From: Candidatus Undinarchaeota archaeon
Lineage (GTDB): Archaea; Undinarchaeota; Undinarchaeia; Undinarchaeales; UBA543
Length of the DNA stretch: 24,273 nucleotides
Direction: 5' to 3'
NCBI GenBank assembly: GCA_964636545.1
Contig: CAZWSR010000011.1
Span: 1-24,273 of the forward strand
A model generated the notes under the pieces. It saw only the letters and a list, made by a program, of their open reading frames with translations, did no database searches and was not told the DNA's origin. This document shows positions 8,530 through 15,684 of the stretch, one piece after another. Both the position numbers and the translations under genes were made by a program. Positions within the stretch are counted from its first letter, which is position 1. Each line of letters starts with the position of its first letter.

Positions 8530-9176
8530 ATGTATTGATAGTTGCTGCACATGCAGATGATGAAACACTTGGTTGTGGAGGTGCAATTGCAAAGCACACT
8601 CAAGCAGGCGATAAGGTAACTTTGTTGATATTAGGAAAAAGTGGAACTTCACGAGAAGGAGAAGACACTTCAAATGAACTTAGAGAATGTGCAAAAAAAG
8701 CAGCTGAGATTCTTGGAATAAATGATATTATTTTCACAGACCTTCCTGACCAGAAATTTGATACAATCCCACTTGTTGATATTATAAAACCAGTATCAGA
8801 CGCAATAGAAAAATCCGGAGCAGAAATTGTTTACACTCATTATGAAAATGACTTGAACCGCGATCACAAGCTTGCTTTTGAAGCTACTATGATTGCAGCA
8901 AGACCACAAAGTAATGTGAAAAAGATACTCTCATATGAAGTTCCAAGCTCAACAGAATGGGTTTCTTCAGAGAATGTGTTCAAACCGAACCACTTTGTTG
9001 ACATTACAGCCAACTTAGACAAGAAACTGAGTGCAATGGAACAGTATAGTGGAGAATTGCGCGAATTCCCAAATCCACGAAGTTTGGAATATTTGAAGAT
9101 ATTGGCTGGTTATCACGGAGCAACAGTTAACGTTAAAGCTGCTGAAGCATTTATTCTTATACGAGGAATTAAATGA
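8526..9176 (+). CDS. PIG-L/LmbE-family de-N-acetylase
   Basis: AHADDETLGCGG metal-binding motif, THYENDLNRDH, YEVPSSTEW and AEAF. GGTGA RBS upstream. Confidence 0.9.
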   Translation: MNVLIVAAHADDETLGCGGAIAKHTQAGDKVTLLILGKSGTSREGEDTSNELRECAKKAAEILGINDIIFTDLPDQKFDTIPLVDIIKPVSDAIEKSGAEIVYTHYENDLNRDHKLAFEATMIAARPQSNVKKILSYEVPSSTEWVSSENVFKPNHFVDITANLDKKLSAMEQYSGELREFPNPRSLEYLKILAGYHGATVNVKAAEAFILIRGIK

Positions 9177-10267
9177 TTGAACTTGAAGGTCATAAAATAG
9201 GCGGAGATGCACCTTGTTTTATTATTGGAGAGGCGGGAATTAACCACGATGGCGATCTTGAAAAAGCAAAAGAAATGGTCAAGGTTGCAAAAGATGCTGG
9301 TTGCGATGCTGTAAAATTTCAATTGATAACTGCGGAGCGATTGTATATCAAGGATGCAGGTTCATTTACAACTGATTTTGGAGAGGATTTTAATATTTTT
9401 GATGTTTGGAAAAATGTTGAGCTTACAAAAGAGTGGCTTCCACAACTTAAGCAAGCTTGTGAAGAAAATAATATAATTTTCATGTCAAGTGTTTTTGATG
9501 AAGTTGGAGCAGACGTAATTGAGGAATTTATTGGCATTTACAAAATTGCTTCATATGAACTTACACATTTACCACTACTCAAACATGTTGCAAGCAAAGG
9601 AAAACCAATTATAATGTCAATTGGTGGTTCAACAGGACTTAAGCAGATTAGGGAAGCAATTGAAACAGTGAAATCTGCTGGAAATAATCAAATAATTATT
9701 ATGCAGTGTGTTGCACAATACCCTGCAAAACTTGAAAACACAAATGTTAATGTGCTGGATACATTAAGAAAAGAATTCCCAGAGGTAATTATTGGTTTTT
9801 CAGACCACAGCATGGACCCAGAAAAAGTTCCAGGTGCTGCTGTTGCAAAAGGTGCAAAGTTGGTTGAGAAACACTTCACAATTAGTAGAGAATCACAAGG
9901 AATTGACCATAAAATGTCAATTGAACCAGAAGAACTAAAGAGAATGGTCACAACAATAAAAGAAACAGAAGCACGGATGAAACGTGGGGAAGCAATAGAA
10001 ATTGATCCAATTTTACTTGGAACAGGAGAAATTGCACTTGCAGATGACCAGAAAGATTTAATGAAATTCACACGAAGACGGGTTTTTGTAAAAACAAATA
10101 TTATTACAGGTGAAGAAATCACTGCAGATAAACTTACAATATTGCGACCTGGAAATAGGCATGTAGAAACTGGTTTGCCGGCAAAAGATATTGACACAGT
10201 TATTGGTAAGAAAGCAGTAAAAGACCTAGCGGAAGGCCATATGATTGGAATTATGGATTTTGAGTAA
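9173..10267 (+). CDS. neuB: NeuB-family nonulosonic acid synthase (PseI/LegI/SpsE-like), canonical copy
   Basis: GEAGINHDGD, AVKFQ, KIASYE, QCVAQYP, GFSDH, EKHFT and SAF-domain LRPG motifs. Confidence 0.92.
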   Translation: MIELEGHKIGGDAPCFIIGEAGINHDGDLEKAKEMVKVAKDAGCDAVKFQLITAERLYIKDAGSFTTDFGEDFNIFDVWKNVELTKEWLPQLKQACEENNIIFMSSVFDEVGADVIEEFIGIYKIASYELTHLPLLKHVASKGKPIIMSIGGSTGLKQIREAIETVKSAGNNQIIIMQCVAQYPAKLENTNVNVLDTLRKEFPEVIIGFSDHSMDPEKVPGAAVAKGAKLVEKHFTISRESQGIDHKMSIEPEELKRMVTTIKETEARMKRGEAIEIDPILLGTGEIALADDQKDLMKFTRRRVFVKTNIITGEEITADKLTILRPGNRHVETGLPAKDIDTVIGKKAVKDLAEGHMIGIMDFE

Positions 10268-11491
10268 TTAGAAATAATATCTTTTCTCGTCTTTTTCTCT
10301 TGGAGAATCAGTTAATGAATAATTGTGATCTCCAACAATTGGCAATCGGGCTTCTTCAACTCCAGGATCATTAGCATGGTCCCAAACATTATCTGGCATT
10401 TCCCACGCACCTTGTTCATTTTTCTTCCAAGCAATTGGACTTCGCATAGTGTCAACACAAGCTACAAATTCTTCTTCAGTCATGTCAACGAATTTTAAGA
10501 ACATATCAAGATCATCTGGACGAAGAGCATCATATTTCCGAACCATTTCAATACCTTCCTCGCGAGTCATTCGACCAAACCGAATGTCCTTATTAGCGTG
10601 GTCAGTAGCACGACCGTAACCAAATTTCAAGTATTTTAGCCAGTCATGCAAACCATTATCATGCCAGCATTCAACATCCCATTGAGTATTGTAGGTTCTC
10701 TGGAACTCTGCTGTTTCAAAACCATAATCCTTTATCATTTTATCAGTTTGTGGCTTTGAATCCCATTTAATGTAATTCCCCATGAAAACACCCCTGACCC
10801 CAACACTTTCAAGTTCTGCATCAGATGGATATTTTGCCCACCGAAGATCATCAGCAGTTATTCCTTCTTCTTCATCAACAAGGTCTTCTGCATCATAACC
10901 ACGCAATTCCTGCTCTTTTCTGACTTTTCGTGTCATTTCAACCTTATCTTCAAGTGAAAACATGCCACCAAGGTCAAGGAAGCCCTGCTCACCCCAAATA
11001 AGCAAAGGAATCTTGTATTTGACAGCAATTTGAACAGGAAAAGTTGTAAGTCCGGCGTGGCAGTGCCAGCAAGGATCGCCCATTGTTTTTAGTGATTTTC
11101 TAGCAAGGCGAGGTATTAATTTTGGATCAGGAGAGAACCTAATATGGTCGCATCCGAATTTTTGAACCATATTCTCCAAATTTCTTATTCCAGCAGCAGT
11201 GTTCCACTGATGGTTAAATGTTACAAGAAGAGGATTCATTTTGAAAACTTCTTTGATAAGATAAGTTTGATAGTGACTGTCCTTGCCTCCGCTAACAGGT
11301 ATGATACAATCGTAATTTCCATCTTTAGAACGGTACTGTTCTAGAATTTTTCCAAGCTCTTTGAACCGAACATCCCAATCAATTTTCTTTTTTTCCTCTT
11401 CTACGCGGCATGCACTACATATCCCCCGATCATCGAACGTGAGTGGTACAGCTGAAGATTCCGGTAACAAGCATCGTGTACAATACTTCAT
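10268..11491 (-). CDS. wbuX: N-acetyl sugar amidotransferase (WbuX/PseA family), copy 2
   Basis: MKYCTRC...CSAC, SGGKDS, CWHCH, WGE and LKYLKFGYGRATD motifs. ATG 11491 is preferred because it matches the copy 1 N-terminus MKYC. Confidence 0.9.
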   Translation of the reverse strand: MKYCTRCLLPESSAVPLTFDDRGICSACRVEEEKKKIDWDVRFKELGKILEQYRSKDGNYDCIIPVSGGKDSHYQTYLIKEVFKMNPLLVTFNHQWNTAAGIRNLENMVQKFGCDHIRFSPDPKLIPRLARKSLKTMGDPCWHCHAGLTTFPVQIAVKYKIPLLIWGEQGFLDLGGMFSLEDKVEMTRKVRKEQELRGYDAEDLVDEEEGITADDLRWAKYPSDAELESVGVRGVFMGNYIKWDSKPQTDKMIKDYGFETAEFQRTYNTQWDVECWHDNGLHDWLKYLKFGYGRATDHANKDIRFGRMTREEGIEMVRKYDALRPDDLDMFLKFVDMTEEEFVACVDTMRSPIAWKKNEQGAWEMPDNVWDHANDPGVEEARLPIVGDHNYSLTDSPREKDEKRYYF

Positions 11492-11512
11492 GTTTAACAA
11501 CAAAACGCTTGG

Positions 11513-11535
11513 ATTTATAGTTTATATATTTTGTT
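11513..11535 (-). promoter_or_regulatory. Putative TATA box for wbuX-2
   Basis: The minus strand reads ACAAAATATATAAACTATAAAT, ending about 22 nt upstream of ATG 11491. A T6 tract (11554-11559) follows the hisF-2 stop. Confidence 0.5.
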
Positions 11536-11569
11536 TAAAAAGAATCTTTCAATAAAAAAGAGTGGAAAC

Positions 11570-12379
11570 TTAGTTAATTTCAAGCTTTTTCAAATGGCCA
11601 CGTTCAAGATAAGTAGCTTCCGTGCTGATACGAACGTCAATTCCAGCATTTCTCATAGTTGCTTTTGCCTTGATTGTGCTGTGTTCAGTATAATGGAAAA
11701 TATTTGAAGCTGAGACTGCTGAGGCGTGTCCGTCTTTGATTCCCTTTACAAAATCTTCCATACAACCAACCCCACCGCAGGCGATTACTGGGATTGAAAC
11801 AGCATCAGAAACATTTCTGATAAGTTCAATGTCATAGCCCTGTTTTGAACCGTCCATATCAATTGAGGTTAAGAAAATTTCGCCAGCACCTAGTTCTTCA
11901 GCTTTTTTTGCCCATTCAACCGGATCCATGCCTGTTGCTTCCTTTCCGCAGGCAGTTATTACTTCATATCCCTTCTCTGTTCTTTTCACATCAATTGAAA
12001 CAACAATGCACTGGACACCAAACATTTCAGATGCCTTTGTAATAAATTCTGGATTGTGAACTGCAGAAGTATTTATGCAAACTTTGTCAGCACCTGCACG
12101 GAGAACTTCTTTGATATCTTTGGTTGTCTTAATTCCACCACCAATTGTAAGTGGAATAAAACATTTTCGTGAGAAAGCAGAAATTACATCAAGCATTGCT
12201 ATTCGTTCTTCAGGAGTTGCACTCATGTCAAGAAAAACAATTTCATCAACATCCCAATCAATAAAACGCTCAAGCGTAAATCTAGGTCGACCCTGGATTT
12301 TGTAATCATGAAATCCCATACTCTGGACAAGGTAGCCCTGTCGAAGAACCATACACGGAATTAAACGAGTTTTAAGCAT
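11570..12379 (-). CDS. hisF: HisF-like TIM-barrel subunit (WbuZ-type), copy 2
   Basis: TRLIPCM, DEIVFLD, GGGI, GADKV, VVSID, GAGEIF and PVIACGG motifs. Confidence 0.9.
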   Translation of the reverse strand: MLKTRLIPCMVLRQGYLVQSMGFHDYKIQGRPRFTLERFIDWDVDEIVFLDMSATPEERIAMLDVISAFSRKCFIPLTIGGGIKTTKDIKEVLRAGADKVCINTSAVHNPEFITKASEMFGVQCIVVSIDVKRTEKGYEVITACGKEATGMDPVEWAKKAEELGAGEIFLTSIDMDGSKQGYDIELIRNVSDAVSIPVIACGGVGCMEDFVKGIKDGHASAVSASNIFHYTEHSTIKAKATMRNAGIDVRISTEATYLERGHLKKLEIN

Positions 12380-13001
12380 TTTGTTCCTCCACTTTTTCGT
12401 AATTCAAGAAATTTTTAAGAACTTGAAGACCAACTTTGTGGCTTTTTTCAGGATGAAACTGAGTTGCGAATATGTTTCCTTTTTGAACTGCAGCAACTAA
12501 GTCAGAACCGTAATTGCAAGTTGCAGCAATATCCTTTTTATCATTACAGAAAAGTGCATAACTATGTACAAAATAAAAGTTTTTGTCAAATTCAACTTCA
12601 TTGAAATAATCTTTTTTCAGTATTTTAATATCATTCCAACCCATGTGTGGAAGTTTGAGACCATTGGAAACTTCAATTTTCTTTACAACACCATCAATCC
12701 AGCCTAATCCATCAATTTGTTTTCCTTCGAACCCCTCTTTTGCAAGAAGTTGGAGCCCAAGACAGATTCCAAGAAATGGCTTCTTTTTATCAATTACTTC
12801 CTCATTAAGAACATCAATAAGCCCTGCTGCTTTCAGGTTTTTCATTCCATCAGGGAAAGCACCAACTCCAGGAAGAATTATTTTATCTGCTTTTCGAATC
12901 TCCTCGGGTTTGTTAGTTATGCAAAACTCCTGCCCAAGCTCCTCAAGAGCATTTGAGATTGACAGTAAGTTCCCTAATCCATAATCAATAACAGCAATCA
13001 T
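12372..13001 (-). CDS. hisH: HisH-like class I glutamine amidotransferase, copy 2
   Basis: MIAVIDYGLGN, LPGVG, GICLG, PHMGWN, YFVHSY and QFHPEKS motifs. Confidence 0.9.
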   Translation of the reverse strand: MIAVIDYGLGNLLSISNALEELGQEFCITNKPEEIRKADKIILPGVGAFPDGMKNLKAAGLIDVLNEEVIDKKKPFLGICLGLQLLAKEGFEGKQIDGLGWIDGVVKKIEVSNGLKLPHMGWNDIKILKKDYFNEVEFDKNFYFVHSYALFCNDKKDIAATCNYGSDLVAAVQKGNIFATQFHPEKSHKVGLQVLKNFLNYEKVEEQNA

Positions 13002-13020
13002 AACTTGTAAGCATTTTCAA

Positions 13021-13068
13021 CAGTTTATAATATTTATCAAACTACTTTTTTTGCATAAAGCTTATAAC
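13021..13068. promoter_or_regulatory. Divergent pair of putative BRE/TATA promoters
   Basis: Minus strand GATAAATATTATAAAC (TATA 13030-13024, 23-29 nt before ATG 13001). Plus strand CATAAAGCTTATAAC (13054-13068) lies before ATG 13100. Confidence 0.6.
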
Positions 13069-13099
13069 AGTAAAGTCAAACCCTAACAACAAGATTATC

Positions 13100-14059
13100 A
13101 TGAAAGTACTTGTAACCGGTGGCGTCGGATTAATTGGTCAAGAAGCAGTTAGACAGCTTCTGGAAAAAGGCCATGAAGTAAATGTCCTTGATGTTTGGGA
13201 CCCTAGGAATGAGAATACAACCCATTTCAAAGGCTCTGTTCTAAAAAAAGAGGATATTCTAAAAGCAATGGAAGGATGCGATTATGTCATGCACCTTGCT
13301 GCAGTTATGGGAGTTGCAAATACCACAAAAAAGCCACTAGAATGCCTGGATGTCAACATACTTGGAACACGAACTGTACTTGAATGTTGTGTTGAGAAGA
13401 ACATCAAAAAAATAGTTTTCTCGTCTTCTTCTGAAGTTTATGGAGAACCAAAAACAGTCCCAGTTCTAGAATCAAATACACTAAGGCCAAAATCAGAATA
13501 TGGAATAAGTAAAGTTGTTGGAGAAGAATATGTAAAAGCATTTAGTATCGGTCATGGTCTTGATTACTCAATTGTCAGATTTTTCAATGTTTATGGACCA
13601 ATGCAGACAGACAAATTCGTTATTCCAATGATGATGAGAAATACATTTTTTGGGAAGCCAATACAGATTTACGGTGACGGAAGCCAAGTACGGGCCTTCT
13701 GCTATGTTAAAGATGCTGTAAACGGAATGATAACTGCATTATTTGATGAGCGTGCAAATAATAAGATAATGAATATTGGAAATCCAGAAGGAAAAACCAG
13801 CATCAAAGAACTTGCTGAGAAAATTGTTGAAATCACAGGAAATGAAACACAGATTGAGTATGTAGCATTTGGTGATTCAGATAGAAGTGAAAAGAGAGAG
13901 ATATTCAACAGAATTCCAGATATTAGCAAGGCAAAAGATACAATTGAGTATGAACCAAAATACTCACTTGATGATGGTTTGAAAGAGATTTACAATTATT
14001 ACAAAGCAAATCCAGATTGGGTTAAAGCAGATCCAGATTGGGATGATAAAATAGAATAA
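13100..14059 (+). CDS. NAD-dependent nucleotide-sugar epimerase/dehydratase (extended SDR)
   Basis: TGGVGLIG, HLAA, SSSEVYG, YGISK (YxxxK), RFFNVYGP and GDGSQVR motifs. Confidence 0.9.
   Translation: MKVLVTGGVGLIGQEAVRQLLEKGHEVNVLDVWDPRNENTTHFKGSVLKKEDILKAMEGCDYVMHLAAVMGVANTTKKPLECLDVNILGTRTVLECCVEKNIKKIVFSSSSEVYGEPKTVPVLESNTLRPKSEYGISKVVGEEYVKAFSIGHGLDYSIVRFFNVYGPMQTDKFVIPMMMRNTFFGKPIQIYGDGSQVRAFCYVKDAVNGMITALFDERANNKIMNIGNPEGKTSIKELAEKIVEITGNETQIEYVAFGDSDRSEKREIFNRIPDISKAKDTIEYEPKYSLDDGLKEIYNYYKANPDWVKADPDWDDKIE
14003..14042 (+). repeat. 21-bp-period tandem duplication at the 3' end of the epimerase gene
   Basis: AAAGCAAATCCAGATTGGG-TT-AAAGCAGATCCAGATTGGG (18/19 identical), encoding KANPDWV-KADPDWD. 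Confidence 0.8.
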
Positions 14060-14067
14060 GTTGAGCT

Positions 14068-14087
14068 AAAAAAGAATTATTTTTTTT
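14068..14087. terminator. Putative bidirectional oligo-T terminator
   Basis: A6 (14068-14073) and T8 (14080-14087) at the junction of convergent genes give a U-tract after each stop, with no GC hairpin. Confidence 0.4.
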
Positions 14088-15081
14088 CGTAGACATAACT
14101 ATCAAGAGATGGACAGTTTTTGCAAACAGGAATTTCATTTAGTTTGCCTGCAAGATGCATCCTCCTTATATTACTTAGTTTTTCTCCATGCCAGATACTG
14201 TGAATGGATTGGTGGGTGACATCACCAAGAATACAGCCCATGTTCCAGTCATCACAGCACATCATTACTTTTCCGTCATAAGAAATAATGAGGCGTTGCC
14301 AGATTTGGTTGCAAGGTTTTCTTTCTTGTAATTTCAAATTTCCAGAAGAACGATCTACTTCATTTGCATTTGGATCAAGATAAGACATATCAAGGAATGG
14401 ATTAACAATAACTTCATCAATTTTTCCTTCCCAGGTTTTCTTGAATAATTCTGACTCGTGCATATTTTCCTTCATTTCAACAAATTGAATTCTTGTAAGT
14501 GGGAGTTTCTTTTTCATTTCTTTTTTCAAACGAAGAAGTGTTTCAATGTTGTTTACAAGACGCTCATAAATGCCTCCGCGCCTTATTTTCTCATAAGTTT
14601 CCTTAGTTGCGCCATCAACAGAGAAAATTATTCTGTCAAGACCCGCTTCAATTAATCCCCTGGCCTTTTCTTCAGTAAGAAGTTGACCATTAGTATTAAA
14701 CTGAACCTCAACAATTCCTTTTTCTTTAGCATATCGAACCATATCAACAACACGAGGATGTAAAAGCGGTTCGCCACGCCAGTTTAATTTAATTGAACAA
14801 AGCCCGTGTTGAACCCCTTCATCAATAATTTTTTGAAAAAGCTCCCAGGTAATAGATCCAAATGTTTCTTTTGCGAAATTAATTCCACACATTACGCACC
14901 GAAGATTGCAGTTGTTTGTAGTTTCAATATCAATGTGAATAGGAAAATCATACACTTTGTGTTTTTTTGAAGCTAGAAGCCACTTGAGCCGGTATTTTCT
15001 GTATTTGAGATCCAAGCCACGCTCCCAATAACCAAATAATGGCTTAAGTGAAACTCCAATTTCAAAGGAAGATTTAGACAT
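14077..15081 (-). CDS. Radical SAM protein with SPASM/Twitch domain
   Basis: CNLRCVMC (CX3CX2C), GEPLLH, NTNG and FSVDG motifs. The C-terminus has CNQIW...CCDDW...CKNC. Confidence 0.9.
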   Translation of the reverse strand: MSKSSFEIGVSLKPLFGYWERGLDLKYRKYRLKWLLASKKHKVYDFPIHIDIETTNNCNLRCVMCGINFAKETFGSITWELFQKIIDEGVQHGLCSIKLNWRGEPLLHPRVVDMVRYAKEKGIVEVQFNTNGQLLTEEKARGLIEAGLDRIIFSVDGATKETYEKIRRGGIYERLVNNIETLLRLKKEMKKKLPLTRIQFVEMKENMHESELFKKTWEGKIDEVIVNPFLDMSYLDPNANEVDRSSGNLKLQERKPCNQIWQRLIISYDGKVMMCCDDWNMGCILGDVTHQSIHSIWHGEKLSNIRRMHLAGKLNEIPVCKNCPSLDSYVYEKK

Positions 15082-15106
15082 AATTATAATTTTAAAACAA
15101 AGATTA

Positions 15107-15148
15107 GTTTATAACTCTTTTGAAATGAACATCATAAAAGGTATAAAG
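15107..15148. promoter_or_regulatory. Divergent pair of putative BRE/TATA promoters
   Basis: Minus strand CAAAAGAGTTATAAAC (TATA 27-33 nt before ATG 15081). Plus strand CATAAAAGGTATAAAG (TATA 25-31 nt before ATG 15172). Confidence 0.6.
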
Positions 15149-15171
15149 CCGAGTTTTCAAGAGAAAAAAAG

Positions 15172-15684
15172 ATGACAGAAGAAACCGTATTTTCAGTTCA
15201 GGAAAAGGCACTTACTGTAAGTTATGCTGATGAAAATGACAGAGAACTGCTCTGGGAGTGGAGAAATGATCCAGAAACGCGACGTACTGCTTTTGAAACA
15301 GGTGAAATCCATTTTGAACAACATTGTGAGTGGTTTAATTCTAAAATTAATTCAGAAACTACAAAGATTTTCATTATAAAAGATTCAAAACAAACACCAG
15401 TTGGACAGATTCGTTTTGATATTGATGAAAATAAGAATACTGAAATTGATGTTTTTATTGCAAAAAGCGAACGTGGAAAAGGGTATGCTACAGCTAGTTT
15501 GAAAAGCGCATGTGTTTATGGTTTTACAACTCTTGGGATTGAAAAATTCACAGCACACATAAAAACTGAAAATGCTGCTTCAATTGCTCTTTTTACAAAA
15601 GCTGGTTTTACAAACAATGGCGAATTAACATTCAAAAACACTCCAGCAATTAAATTTGTTTTAGAGAAGACGATCAACGAATGA
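15172..15684 (+). CDS. GNAT N-acetyltransferase, PseH-like
   Basis: LLWEWRNDPETR, HCEWF, VGQIRFD, RGKGYA (AcCoA motif A) and NAASIALFTKAGF. Confidence 0.8.
   Translation: MTEETVFSVQEKALTVSYADENDRELLWEWRNDPETRRTAFETGEIHFEQHCEWFNSKINSETTKIFIIKDSKQTPVGQIRFDIDENKNTEIDVFIAKSERGKGYATASLKSACVYGFTTLGIEKFTAHIKTENAASIALFTKAGFTNNGELTFKNTPAIKFVLEKTINE

Noticed and set aside
9688-10197. 169-aa antisense ORF and the other short opposite-strand or alternate-frame ORFs in the track
   Set aside because: They lie within well-supported genes, have shadow-like S/F/I-rich composition and show no motifs.
4740-11926. Inverted repeat (4740-4790 versus 11876-11926, 44/51 identical) as an invertible-segment boundary
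   Set aside because: It is the conserved [15 protein letters not shown] coding segment of the two hisF paralogues, with mostly third-position differences. No recombinase gene is present.
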